This document shows, piece after piece, positions 28,063 through 38,267 of a stretch of 64,000 nt of DNA. The notes beneath the pieces are model-generated. The model was not told the origin of the DNA and searched no databases. It worked only from the letters and a program-made list of their open reading frames with translations. The stretch comes from Nitrospirota bacterium (GTDB taxonomy: Bacteria > Nitrospirota > UBA9217), in assembly GCA_963790205.1 (NCBI GenBank), contig CAWBNQ010000008.1:96001-160000 (forward strand). The letters run 5' to 3'. The position numbers were made by a program, and so were the translations under genes. The stretch's first letter is position 1, and each line of letters opens with the position of its first letter.

Positions 28063-29298
28063 TTACTCCGACTGCCATGCGCCGATCTTCCGTCGTTTCA
28101 AAATTACGACGAGAAAGACGACCCCGCTGATCAACCCGCCCAAGGCAAAAGTGAGAGGGGCCTTGAGCACATGGGCGACCGAGCCGGCGAACAGGCTGCC
28201 AATGGGCGTGAGGCCGCCGAAGGTGAAGGTGTAAACGCTCATGACCCTGCCGCGCAGCCGGTCTTCGGTGTTGAGCTGGACCGTCGTGTTCGCCATGCCG
28301 AAGAAGGTGACCATGCACCAGCCCGACAAGGCGAGCAGGAGCGCGGTAATTCCGTAGGTCTTCTGGAGGCCGATCAATATCAACACGAGCGACAGCCCCA
28401 GGCCTCCGCCCAGGAGGACGCCCGGTTTCGGACCGTAGCGGCTCAGGTATGCCAGCGAGACAGCGCCGATCAATGCGCCGACGCCGAAGGAAGACAAGAG
28501 AAAGCCGAAGGCCGCGGCGTCCCGATGGAGTTCCTGACGGGAGAAGACCGGGACCAGCACCGTGAAGTTCGTCGCGAAGATACTGACTACTGCCACCAGA
28601 AGGATCGTGATCATGAGCACCGGTGTCGCTTTTATGTAGCGCATTGCCTCGGTAATATCATTCACGACATTATAGACCCTAGGTTTTCCCGCGGGAATCC
28701 TCTCGAACTTCATAAGCAGCAGTCCCCACAACACGGCGAGGAAGCTCAGGCCATTCACAAAAAAGCAGAGGGTCGTGCCAGCGGCGCCGATAAGCAGTCC
28801 TGCGATCGCGGGGCCCACCGCCCGGGCGGCATTAAAGATGGACGAGTTCATGGCTATCGCATTCATGAGGTCTTCTTTGCCGACCATCTCGATGATGAAT
28901 GCCTGGCGTGCCGGCATGTCGATGGTGTTTACGACGCCCAAAAGCGTTGCGAGGACCAGGACGTGCCAGTATTTGACAACACCCGTGAAGTCGAGAAGGG
29001 CCAGCGTAAAGGCGAGGAGCATCAAGGCGGTCTGGGTAAAAATGATTATTTTCCGCTTGGAGAAATAATCGATGAAAGGACCTGTGAAGAAAGAGAAAAA
29101 CAGCATGGGAAGGAACTGAAGGGCGGAGACGACGCCAAGCTTAAAGGCAGAATGGGTCAGTTCCAGCACGAGCCACGCCTGTCCCACGTTCTGCATCCAG
29201 GTGCCGATGAGGGACACGAGTTGCCCGGAAAAGAAAAGTCGAAAATTCCGGTGCCTCAAAGATCGGAAAAGGGTTTTTATCATTGATGGTTCATGCAT
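28063..29298 (-). CDS. MFS transporter (DHA3/MFS_3-like)
   Basis: LRHRNFRLFFSGQLVSLIGTWMQ, DMPARQAF and RGRVMS. Confidence 0.92.
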   Translation of the reverse strand: MHEPSMIKTLFRSLRHRNFRLFFSGQLVSLIGTWMQNVGQAWLVLELTHSAFKLGVVSALQFLPMLFFSFFTGPFIDYFSKRKIIIFTQTALMLLAFTLALLDFTGVVKYWHVLVLATLLGVVNTIDMPARQAFIIEMVGKEDLMNAIAMNSSIFNAARAVGPAIAGLLIGAAGTTLCFFVNGLSFLAVLWGLLLMKFERIPAGKPRVYNVVNDITEAMRYIKATPVLMITILLVAVVSIFATNFTVLVPVFSRQELHRDAAAFGFLLSSFGVGALIGAVSLAYLSRYGPKPGVLLGGGLGLSLVLILIGLQKTYGITALLLALSGWCMVTFFGMANTTVQLNTEDRLRGRVMSVYTFTFGGLTPIGSLFAGSVAHVLKAPLTFALGGLISGVVFLVVILKRRKIGAWQSE

Positions 29299-29632
29299 AG
29301 GGGCGGACCGTCTTTCTTTCTACAGTATAACACGTGACGGGCTGGAAGCGAAATAGAGAAACAATGAAAGAGCGAGTCTGGTTGCGCCGGAGGAGCGCAA
29401 GGAAGATATGATAATTATAAATTTAACTATAAAAAACAGTCTTGACAAATTAAAATGGCTATAATAATATTAAGTCGTTCAGTCGCCTTCATTTTGGTGA
29501 GGTTTGGAAAAGGGCGAAAACTGCGCGTGGCAGCGGGCAGCGTAGCGAATTACAGCGGAATTTTTACCTGTTCATCTCTGATAATCATGAACAAATCATG
29601 ACTGCCGGCAATTAAAGAATAGCTGGATTCAA

Positions 29633-31396
29633 ATGTATAATGAAAGCGTTACCAATACAAAGGACCTGAAGAAGCGGCTCACCTGGCTCGTGAACCTCAG
29701 ATGGGGCGGCATCCTCGGGGTCCTGATCGCCACGTCTGTTGCGCGGGAGACATCCTTTCTGTCCATCTCCTTCATCCCGGTGGGCCTCATCCTCGGCGTC
29801 GCTGCCTTTGGTAACCTGTTCTACCAGTGGAGGCTGAAACACTCCCGGGAAAATCTAGAGCGTCTGGCGCGCGTTCAGATCCTCGGCGACCAGTTCATCC
29901 TGGTCTCTTCGGTCTATTTCTCAGGCGGGTGTGACAGCCCCTTCATTTACTTTTTTATTTTTCATGTAGTCATCAGCGGAATCATCCTCCCGCGGCGACA
30001 GGCGTACGGCATCGCCGGTATGGCCGTGCTCCTCCCCGCACTCGTCATCGAGCTCAAGCACGCTGGAATACTCCCTCATTACGGGATCTTCAGGCAGGAG
30101 CCCGTGTTTACCGGCACGGCGATGATCGTCTCCTATGGGCTCGCCTTTATCGCCACCATTTTTCTGACCGCCTACTTCGTGACGCACCTGAGCCGGCAGC
30201 TCTATAAAAAGAACGAGGAAGTAACGCAGCTCTACAGCCTGTCGGAGCGGGTCCGGTCGTCTATCCGCTTCAAGGACGTTATCGGGGTCATTGAGCGGGA
30301 ACTGCGGGAGTTTACGGGCGCACGGTCGAGCGTCTACATACCGCTCGACAAGGAGAGAAGGACCCTGTCAATGAAGATCGGGGACAGGGAACTGCACATC
30401 CCGCTTATCGACAAAAACAGTTTTACCGACGCAGTGCTCCGCGGTGCAGCGCTCATCCTGGACCGTCGCTCTGTCACGTCGGAGTACGACGTCAAGGCTC
30501 TTGAGCTTATGGGCGCAGAACGGTGCCTGGTGCTGCCGCTGACATCGGCAACGCATCAACCGTGTCATGGGTACTTTCACTGCAAGGACAGCCAATGCGC
30601 GGCCTATGAAAATAAGGAGGGGAAATGCTGGCAGTTCTCGGGAACGCACTGCAAGGGGGCGATCTACGGGATCAACGCGGACAAAATCGCCGCCTGCCTC
30701 GCCTGCGAACTTTTTACACCCGTGGGGGCCTTCCTCCTGGACATCTCAAAGGAGAGCGTGCCGCTCCCGGACCTGGATACGGAAGCGGCCATGAGGCTTC
30801 TCGATGCGGCGAGCCTCGCTGTATCGAATGCCCTCCTGCACGAAAAGACCGTGCAGCTTTCGAAGACGGACGGCCTCACCGGCCTTAAAAACTACCGTGA
30901 GTTCAAGGAAGCTATTCAGGCCGAACTATTGCGCTCGAAACGTTACCAGAGGGCTTCCAGCCTCTTGATGATCGATGTCGACCATTTCAAGCGCTATAAT
31001 GACGCGTACGGACATCCCCGGGGAGACGTGCTTCTTAAGAATATGGCCGAGCTTATTCAAAACAATTTTAAAGATACGGACATTGTTGCGAGGTACGGGG
31101 GAGAGGAATTCGCGGTCCTCCTCGTAGAGACAGGGGCCAAGGACCAGGCTGTTGCCGTGGCGGAGCGGCTCAGGGCCATGGTGGAAGGGCATAAATTTTC
31201 GTACGAAGAAACGCAGCCGGGAGGCAGCTTCACGATCAGCATCGGGGTCAGCTGCTATCCCGAGGACGGACTGGCAGCGGATGAGCTCATTCAGGCGGCT
31301 GATGAAGCCTTGTACCGGGCCAAGAATGAAGGCAGGAACAGGGTAGTTGCTGCGGGTCGTTCTTCGGGGCAGAAGGTATCCACACCGCGGATATAA
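29633..31396 (+). CDS. Membrane diguanylate cyclase with GAF-like and Cys-rich insert
   Basis: N-terminal TM helices; DGLTGLKN, DVDHFK and RYGGEEF. Confidence 0.92.
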   Translation: MYNESVTNTKDLKKRLTWLVNLRWGGILGVLIATSVARETSFLSISFIPVGLILGVAAFGNLFYQWRLKHSRENLERLARVQILGDQFILVSSVYFSGGCDSPFIYFFIFHVVISGIILPRRQAYGIAGMAVLLPALVIELKHAGILPHYGIFRQEPVFTGTAMIVSYGLAFIATIFLTAYFVTHLSRQLYKKNEEVTQLYSLSERVRSSIRFKDVIGVIERELREFTGARSSVYIPLDKERRTLSMKIGDRELHIPLIDKNSFTDAVLRGAALILDRRSVTSEYDVKALELMGAERCLVLPLTSATHQPCHGYFHCKDSQCAAYENKEGKCWQFSGTHCKGAIYGINADKIAACLACELFTPVGAFLLDISKESVPLPDLDTEAAMRLLDAASLAVSNALLHEKTVQLSKTDGLTGLKNYREFKEAIQAELLRSKRYQRASSLLMIDVDHFKRYNDAYGHPRGDVLLKNMAELIQNNFKDTDIVARYGGEEFAVLLVETGAKDQAVAVAERLRAMVEGHKFSYEETQPGGSFTISIGVSCYPEDGLAADELIQAADEALYRAKNEGRNRVVAAGRSSGQKVSTPRI

Positions 31397-31702
31397 GAAA
31401 AAGTAGAAGTAAGAAGTAAGAAATTAGGAAATAGGAAATCGGTTTTCGCCTTGACCCCGCGCCGATGTTCAAGATACTTGTCTTTTTCTGCACCGCCGAC
31501 TCACAGCTCCGCGCAGACATGCCAGATTACCTTTTACTTTTCTTGTTGATACAGCAGTCCATGAGCGCTTACGCTAACGCACGCGCATGCATGATTTGTG
31601 GTTTACTGGGCTCTCTACCGGGCATGTAAAGCGCGTCCCTGTTCGCGGGATGCAGGGGCCTCTGGAAAGGCAAAAATCCAACGCCAAAGCCAAACTCATT
31701 TT

Positions 31703-31744
31703 TTACTTCTTACTTCTTACTTCTTACTTCTTACTTCTTACTTC
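31703..31744. repeat. Heptamer tandem repeat (TTACTTC)x6
   Basis: Read directly; degenerate inverse AAGTAAG units near 31400-31420. Confidence 0.9.
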
Positions 31745-31758
31745 AAATTTCTCTTTAC

Positions 31759-33660
31759 CTACCCCCGCAACACCCGCTTGTCCCCGACCCGCTGCGTGAG
31801 CTTCTGCGAGTCGAAGTATTCCATGAGCGGCACGGCGAACTTGCGCGAGGTCCCGGCCAGGTCGCGGAACTCCGCCATGGTGATCTCTTTCTTTTCCTCA
31901 AGGTGTCTTTTCAGGTCGGCCCTGATCTTCTCGACAATGTCCTTATCGAGATGGAGCGAGTCGTTGATCCTGATCGTCCGGCCTTCATCGGCAAGGAGCT
32001 TCAAGAGGTCCCTGGCGTCCTTGTCCGTGATGCCGAAGAGAGCGGGCAGCTCTTCCCTGACCGGCGGCTGCGTCCCGCCTTTCCTGATGGCCCCGACGAT
32101 CTTGTCTTTGACAGCGTCCTGGTCCTTGCCGACTGCCGCCTTGAAGCCCGGCAATCTCAGCTTCGAACCCTCCGCCTCGATCTGTTTCTTTTTTAAAAGC
32201 CCTTCGACGGCCATATTCAGGACCTTGGCCGACAGCCGCATCCTGAGCATGCCTTTGAGTTCTTCCTTGTCCAGTCCGGGCTTGAGCGGGTTGTCCTTGT
32301 GGTACTGCCTGATGAGGTCGAGCGCTTTTTTCTCAAGCGTGCCGAGATGTGCCGCATGCACGTAGAGATTGTCAACGCGAAGAACGGACCTCTTCTGCGC
32401 AAGGGATGCCAGCGCCGCCGTGATTTCCTGTTTGTCCGCGGCAATGGCGCCGATGGCATCGGTCTCTTCCATTCCCGCGAGGCCTTGTCCTGATATGAAG
32501 AGGGCGAGTTTCTCTTCGAGAGCGCCTTTTTCGAGGACGCCGAGGTTCTTGAGCGACTCCTGCATGGCCGCCTGTTTGTGCCTCCGGGGGTGGGGGTCCA
32601 GGACCATGCCGCCTCCCAATGTTTCCATGGGCGAATAGAACCGCAGAATATACCGGTCGCCGTGCTGCACGATCACCGGCTGTTCGAAGCGAAGCTGGAC
32701 AAAGGCGTCCTCGCCCGGTGCGAGCACGTTCGTTCCGAGGAGCGTGATCCTGCCGATGGCTTCCTGCGTCGTGTTGTAGAAGCGGATGCGCGAGCCGGTC
32801 CTGAGGCCCCGGGGCGCCTGTTTGAGCAGGCCAAGCTTTGCATCGATCGTTTTCGTCGGCGCGAAAAAGCCGGCGCTCACGATGATGTCCCCGCGCGAGA
32901 GCTGGTCCTTTTCGACACCCTGGAGGTTCACTGCCGTGCGCTGGCCCGCGACCACGCGCTGGACCGCCTGGTTGTGGGATTGCAGCCCTCTCACTTTTGT
33001 TTTGATCCCTTTGGGCAGGACCTCTACTTCCTGGTCCGTGCTGATCGTGCCGGAAAGCAGGGTGCCGGTGATGACCGTGCCGAAGCCTTTCATCGTAAAG
33101 ACGCGGTCGATCGGGAGCCGCAGAATCCCGTTCGATGATTTGGGTGAGACCTCGGCAGCAAGCTTCGACAACTCATGTACAAGAATAGGCAGGTTCTCGC
33201 CGGTCGTTGACGAGATTGGTACGATAGGGGACTTTTCGAGGAAGGTGCCCTTGACGAACTCGCGGACCTCGTCCTGCACCAGGGCGAGCCAGTCTTTCTC
33301 TGCAACGTCCATCTTCGTGAGCGCGATCAGACCTTGTTTCACATGCAGGAGGTCGCAGATGGCAAGGTGCTCGCGGGTCTGGGGCATGATGCCCTCGTCT
33401 GCGGCGATCACCAGCATCACGATGTCGATGCCGCCCACGCCGGCCAGCATGTTCTTGATGAGCCCTTCATGACCGGGAACGTCCACGATGCCGAGGCGGT
33501 TGCCGTTGGGAAGGTCGAGGGAAGCAAAACCGAGGTCGAGGGTGATGCCGCGCTCTTTTTCTTCCTTAAGGCGGTCCGGGTCAGTGCCGGTAAGGGCCTT
33601 GACGAGGGTCGATTTACCGTGGTCGATATGTCCGGCAGTGCCGAGGATGATGTATTTCAT
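31759..33660 (-). CDS. selB: Selenocysteine-specific elongation factor
   Basis: GTAGHIDHGKS, RGITLDLGF and DVPGHE; C-terminal winged helix SRKFAVPLMEYFD. Confidence 0.97.
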   Translation of the reverse strand: MKYIILGTAGHIDHGKSTLVKALTGTDPDRLKEEKERGITLDLGFASLDLPNGNRLGIVDVPGHEGLIKNMLAGVGGIDIVMLVIAADEGIMPQTREHLAICDLLHVKQGLIALTKMDVAEKDWLALVQDEVREFVKGTFLEKSPIVPISSTTGENLPILVHELSKLAAEVSPKSSNGILRLPIDRVFTMKGFGTVITGTLLSGTISTDQEVEVLPKGIKTKVRGLQSHNQAVQRVVAGQRTAVNLQGVEKDQLSRGDIIVSAGFFAPTKTIDAKLGLLKQAPRGLRTGSRIRFYNTTQEAIGRITLLGTNVLAPGEDAFVQLRFEQPVIVQHGDRYILRFYSPMETLGGGMVLDPHPRRHKQAAMQESLKNLGVLEKGALEEKLALFISGQGLAGMEETDAIGAIAADKQEITAALASLAQKRSVLRVDNLYVHAAHLGTLEKKALDLIRQYHKDNPLKPGLDKEELKGMLRMRLSAKVLNMAVEGLLKKKQIEAEGSKLRLPGFKAAVGKDQDAVKDKIVGAIRKGGTQPPVREELPALFGITDKDARDLLKLLADEGRTIRINDSLHLDKDIVEKIRADLKRHLEEKKEITMAEFRDLAGTSRKFAVPLMEYFDSQKLTQRVGDKRVLRG

Positions 33661-33707
33661 GGGATTAACAACTCAGGGACCAAATTCATCAAAACGGGAA
33701 GAAATTT

Positions 33708-33824
33708 TCTCGCAAAGCACGCAAAGGTCGCAAAGGGAATCTAGATCAAAATCTTTTTTGGGTTTAAAACCAAAACAAAGCTTGGTTTAATATTTTCTTG
33801 GCGTCCTTTGCGGGCTTTGCGAGA
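33708..33824. repeat. Palindromic intergenic element with 9-bp CGCAAAG units
   Basis: TCTCGCAAAGC...GCTTTGCGAGA with three units per arm. Confidence 0.75.
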
Positions 33825-33846
33825 GACACCTTTTGTTCCGGCTTGG

Positions 33847-35262
33847 TTATGAAGTGATTATTTTTCTTACTGCTTCGACAATCTGACCGATCTCCCCGTC
33901 GTTCAGCGTCCGAGGGTCGAAGACGACCATGCCTTCCTTGATGCGCGCGATGATGTGCGGCGTGCCGAGGCGGAGATGCGACTCGATCCGGTTCGCGCTT
34001 AGGCGCTCGTGGCGGACGCAGACGGTCCTCGTCGGAAAGTTCCCCATAGGCAGCGCGCCGCCGCCGCTTTGCGAGGTATCGTCCTGGATGGTTACCGACA
34101 GTTCGTTCCCGCCGATGCTTTCGAGGCCGTCAGCCATGAGCCGGGCCTTTCGCTCGATCTCGGAAAGCGGCTGTGTCAGCATCCAGAGCGTGGGAATCTC
34201 CTTTACGGCCTTTTCCCGGTCCAGATACTGGCTGAGCGTGGCGTCGAGCGCGGCAAGGGTGAGCTTGTCGATGCGGAGCGCGCGGGCAAGGGGATTGGAC
34301 CTGATAGGATCGAGCCACGTCTTTTTGCCGAGGATCATGCCTGCCTGCGGCCCGCCCAAAAGTTTGTCCCCGCTGAAGGTGAGCAGGTCCACGCCTGAAT
34401 CAACGGCCTGCTGCACGGTCGGTTCGCTGCCGGCGCCGTAGGCCGCGAGATCGATGAAGCTTCCGCTGCCAAGGTCCCACATGACCGGAATATTATATTT
34501 TTTCCCGAGCGCTGAAAGCTCCCCGGGCGGGACTTCCTTGGTGAAACCCACGATCTTGTAATTGCTCGTATGGACCTTCAGGATAAGGCCGGTGTTCTCG
34601 TTGATGGCTTTTTCGTAATCCTTGAGATGGGTCTTGTTCGTGGTGCCTATTTCGCGGAGGATGGCGCCGCTCCGCTCCATCACGTCGGGCACGCGGAAGG
34701 AGCCGCCTATCTCGACGAGTTCGCCGCGCGATACGATCACCTCTTTGCCGCGGGCGATGGTGTTCAGGCAAAGAAGGACCGCGGCCGCATTGTTGTTCAC
34801 GGCCGTGGCGGCCTCGCAGCCGGTGAGCCGCCGGAGGATGCCTTCCACATGCACGTAGCGCTTGCCGCGTTCGCCGGCGGGAATATCGTACTCAAGGTTC
34901 GAGTAGCTGCGGCCCACGTCGATGATGCGCTGGAGCGCTTTTTCCGACAGGATGGAGCGGCCGAGGTTCGTATGCACGACCACCCCGGTGGCGTTGATGA
35001 CCGGCTGAAGGCTCGGCTCGGACAGTTCTTTCAGAACGGCCTCGGCTTCGTCGAGGATCCCGCTCATGCTGATGGACTGTTCGCCCATGGTTTTCGCGGA
35101 AGACCGTTCATTGGCTTCGAGGATGGCCTTGCGCCTGCGGTCGAGGGCGGTCCTGACAGCGTCCAGCACCAGGACCCGGGGATAGGTCTCAAGCCACTGC
35201 TTTGTTCTGCTCTCCTTCAGGATCTCGTCAACGGCGGGAAGTTTTCGGAGCAGTTCCTTCAT
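33847..35262 (-). CDS. selA: L-seryl-tRNA(Sec) selenium transferase
   Basis: VINATGVVVHTNLGRS, VNNNAAAV, SRGELVEIGGSFR and FSGDKLLGGPQAG. Confidence 0.97.
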   Translation of the reverse strand: MKELLRKLPAVDEILKESRTKQWLETYPRVLVLDAVRTALDRRRKAILEANERSSAKTMGEQSISMSGILDEAEAVLKELSEPSLQPVINATGVVVHTNLGRSILSEKALQRIIDVGRSYSNLEYDIPAGERGKRYVHVEGILRRLTGCEAATAVNNNAAAVLLCLNTIARGKEVIVSRGELVEIGGSFRVPDVMERSGAILREIGTTNKTHLKDYEKAINENTGLILKVHTSNYKIVGFTKEVPPGELSALGKKYNIPVMWDLGSGSFIDLAAYGAGSEPTVQQAVDSGVDLLTFSGDKLLGGPQAGMILGKKTWLDPIRSNPLARALRIDKLTLAALDATLSQYLDREKAVKEIPTLWMLTQPLSEIERKARLMADGLESIGGNELSVTIQDDTSQSGGGALPMGNFPTRTVCVRHERLSANRIESHLRLGTPHIIARIKEGMVVFDPRTLNDGEIGQIVEAVRKIITS

Positions 35263-35406
35263 AAGCAGTAAGATAGCATAGCCGTACTTGAATTTCAACA
35301 GGCGTTTCATCAGTCCTGTTGTGTCTTTTTGCCCTTGACATCCGGCGGGGAATATGTCAATTTTACCGGCAGTACATTGCATGTTATTGGACCACGGAGA
35401 CAGACC

Positions 35407-35643
35407 ATGAAATGCTATGAATGCGCCAAAATGGGCAAGGAAGAAGATGCCGTGGCGATATGCGTGATCTGCGGCATGGGGCTCTGCATGGCGCACGCGC
35501 TCAGGGAAAACCTGCCCGTCGTGGACATCATTGACTGGGGTTTCGGCAAGGAGGAACATCGTTACCCGGTGGACATCCCGCGGTTTCTCTGTTCGGAGTG
35601 CAAGACAGCTGTTGATATCAGAAAAAAAGAACGATCAGCATAG
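35407..35643 (+). CDS. DUF2180-like zinc-binding protein
   Basis: MKCYEC...AVAICVICGMGLCMAH...LCSEC. Confidence 0.75.
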   Translation: MKCYECAKMGKEEDAVAICVICGMGLCMAHALRENLPVVDIIDWGFGKEEHRYPVDIPRFLCSECKTAVDIRKKERSA

Positions 35644-35658
35644 AGGGGACGGATTGAA

Positions 35659-36682
35659 ATGGTGATGAACAGGCGCAGGTTCCTCAAGAACGTCGCAGCG
35701 GGCGCCGCGATGGCCGGCATGGGCGGTCTGGGGGAGTTTTTCATTCCCTTTGCCGAGGCCGTGGAAGTGCCGAAATTCAACTTTGCCCATATAACGGACC
35801 TCCACCTCGATGTCAAGGGCGAGAGTTCCTGGCAGTACCGGGAAAAGAGCGTTCCGCTCTTCTACGGCGCACTCCGTCAGTTGGGACGGCTGCCGAAAAT
35901 GAAATTCGTGGTCTTCGGCGGCGACCAGATCCATTACGGTCCGCGCGACAAGGAGTCGCTCGACGTATTCCAGAAGTGGACGGCGCAGCTGAACATGCCT
36001 TTCTACATCCTGCTCGGCAATACGGAGGTGTCGCCTGTCACCGGCGCCTCCAAGCTGGACCGGGACGATTATCTAAAGGCATGGGCAGGCAGGGGCCTGC
36101 GGCCCGGGCATTCGTCGTGGGCCTTCGATCCGGTAAAGAACGTGCGGGTCATCGGCTTCGATGTCACGGTAGACGGCAAACCGTATGGTGAAGCGAGCGT
36201 TCCGGAGCTGAAATGGCTCGAAAACGAGCTCAAGACGAACAAATCGAAGAAGCTTATCATCATTTTCACCCACCAGCTGCTTATGCCCACCACACCCAGG
36301 GACAATAGCCATGAATGGTCGTTCTGGATGGTGAAGAACCACGCCCGGGTCAGGGAAGTTCTTGAAGCGCACCCGAACGTCCGTCTCGTCGTTTCCGGCC
36401 ATCACCATGTGTCCAAAGTGGAGACCGTGGGAAAAATCACCTATGTGTCCGATCCCGCCGTCGTCACGTATCCCTGCGCGTTCAGGGCGTACTCCGTGGC
36501 CCCCGACGGCATCCACCTGCGAAATGTCGGCTTGGACGACAAGGCGACCGTAAACCGCGCCAGGGAGCTCCTCGAATCAGACCCGTATGCCAAAATGTAC
36601 GACCCCGATGCGCCGCAGAAGGTCACTGCTTACAGCATGGGGCTCACCGAGCAAGGACCGCGAGACCACGATAAAATTGTAA
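35659..36682 (+). CDS. Tat-exported metallophosphoesterase (probable frameshift near 36653; ORF track runs to 36777)
   Basis: NRRRFLK Tat motif; HITDLH, GGD, LGNTE, FTH and SGHHH. Confidence 0.85.
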
Positions 36683-36954
36683 GGTGCGAAGCATACAGGG
36701 CGGCGGTGCTGGATCCGTATCTCAAGCATCGGGGCGCAAACGAGAAGCCGGTTGGAAGTGAAGGAATTCATTTTTGACCGGCTTTTTCATTTTCAGAGTA
36801 TTGATGTGGCGGGCATGTCATACCCCGATCCGGGTATTTTCAGGGTATTTACTTGGGCCGGTCCCCATGGTAACCTCTGCATGCCGGACTTAAGCTGCCA
36901 GGGTGATATTTATAAATGCACGAACCTTCGAAAACCAAGGAATAGAAATCAGAA

Positions 36955-37000
36955 AGTTTATGATGCCATAAACTCTTAAAAGTTTATGCTACCATAAACC
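36955..37000. promoter_or_regulatory. Two tandem palindromic operators AGTTTATG-N4-CATAAAC(T/C)
   Basis: Copies at 36955-36974 and 36981-37000, upstream of the ASCH gene. Confidence 0.7.
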
Positions 37001-37046
37001 TGGTCCTTATAGTCAATAACATGTTGACCTCAGAGGAAAAGAAGCC

Positions 37047-37379
37047 ATGCCAATAACTCGTGCACTCAGCATTCAGCAGCCTTTTGCTGAGCTGATTATC
37101 ATCGGTAAAAAAGAGTTCGAGTACCGCAGCATTCCAACCAACATCCGTGAGCGAATTTACATTTACGCTTCCAAAAAATCAGGCCCCGACAAACGATGGA
37201 AAGAAAGCGGTTATGAGCCTGGCAGCCTGCCAACAGGCGTACTGATCGGAAGCGTCGAAATTATTAGCTGCGATGGAAACTCGGGTGATTATGCATGGAA
37301 GTTAGCTCGTCCAAAGCGGGCCAAACGCATGCTCAAACCAAAGAACAAACCTCAACCCGTATGGTTCCGTCCATTCTAA
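37047..37379 (+). CDS. ASCH domain protein
   Basis: ALSIQQPFAELIIIGKKEFEYRS...IYIYAS...GVLIGSVEI. Confidence 0.9.
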   Translation: MPITRALSIQQPFAELIIIGKKEFEYRSIPTNIRERIYIYASKKSGPDKRWKESGYEPGSLPTGVLIGSVEIISCDGNSGDYAWKLARPKRAKRMLKPKNKPQPVWFRPF

Positions 37380-37401
37380 ATATGTCAAGGAGCAAAATTG
37401 T

Positions 37402-38190
37402 ATGAGAATTTGGCGCATGTCATTCCGAGTTGGTGAGGGCGGATACGAAATGTGGCCACACTGCTTGGAACATGGCGTAGCAGCGATTACTTATCGCAAT
37501 ATGGCGAAGATCGATCTCTCCAAATATCCGCGAGACGAGCCGCGTGATCTATGGGCACAACTGGCTCCGGCTCGGAAATACAGCCTGCGAAAAGTAGCAT
37601 ACGAAATGAAAAAGGGTGACATTATATTTGTTAAAAATGGCCCAAACATAATCGCTAGAGGCATTGTAAAAGGTTCATACCGGTTTGATAGCAAGTTTCG
37701 GATCGTAGATCCTAATGGTGTTCCGTGGGCGCATCAAGTTCCAGTTGAGTGGTCTCTAAATTTCTCTCCGATTCGCATGTCGCTCGGTAATCAGCAAAGA
37801 TATACAGTGCGTGAACTTTCTTCATCCGATGTGAAGCAAATCGATTCCAAACTCGCAACAACGCGAGAGGATGCCGCGCTTGAAGGGCAGGTGTATACGC
37901 GTGAAAGCGTTTTTCGTCGTAGAAATGCAGCACTGATCCAAGCGAAGAAAGTGAACTCTGATTATAAGTGCGAGGTGTGTGGTTTTAACTTTGAAGAGAC
38001 TTATGGAAGTATCGGGCATGAATACATCATCGCACATCATAACGAGCCAGTGTCCACGCGTAAACGACCTTCGATGACATCCATAAAAGAAATTACTTTA
38101 CTTTGTGCAAATTGTCATGCGATGGTCCATGCAGCCAATCCGCCACTACTACCACATAAATTGAGGACCAAATTAAAAATCGACCGATAG
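37402..38190 (+). CDS. HNH endonuclease with N-terminal EVE/PUA-like domain
   Basis: MKKGDIIFV...IARGIV N-terminal domain; RRNAAL, CEVCGFNF, AHH and LCANCHAMVH. Confidence 0.85.
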   Translation: MRIWRMSFRVGEGGYEMWPHCLEHGVAAITYRNMAKIDLSKYPRDEPRDLWAQLAPARKYSLRKVAYEMKKGDIIFVKNGPNIIARGIVKGSYRFDSKFRIVDPNGVPWAHQVPVEWSLNFSPIRMSLGNQQRYTVRELSSSDVKQIDSKLATTREDAALEGQVYTRESVFRRRNAALIQAKKVNSDYKCEVCGFNFEETYGSIGHEYIIAHHNEPVSTRKRPSMTSIKEITLLCANCHAMVHAANPPLLPHKLRTKLKIDR

Positions 38191-38194
38191 CGGA

Positions 38195-38254
38195 TTACAA
38201 CCTGGCGCTCGACGGCGACGCGCCAAAGGCGGCGCGTCAGCGCCGCGATTGATT
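38195..38254 (+). repeat. Degenerate attC-like site
   Basis: CAAC just after the HNH stop; GGCGCT/AGCGCC and GACGCGCC/GGCGCGTC stems; GTT degenerated to ATT. Confidence 0.55.
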
Positions 38255-38267
38255 TGGATTATAAGCT

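Noticed and set aside
29480..29630. c-di-GMP riboswitch upstream of the diguanylate cyclase
   Set aside because: Only vague similarity; the conserved GEMM motifs are not present.
25701..36700. Selenoprotein genes or selD near selABC
   Set aside because: I found no in-frame TGA at a conserved Cys position and no selD in the window; the check was by eye and not exhaustive.
36955..37000. CRISPR array
   Set aside because: Only two 20 bp units with a 6 bp gap and no cas genes; no CRISPR array was seen anywhere in the window.
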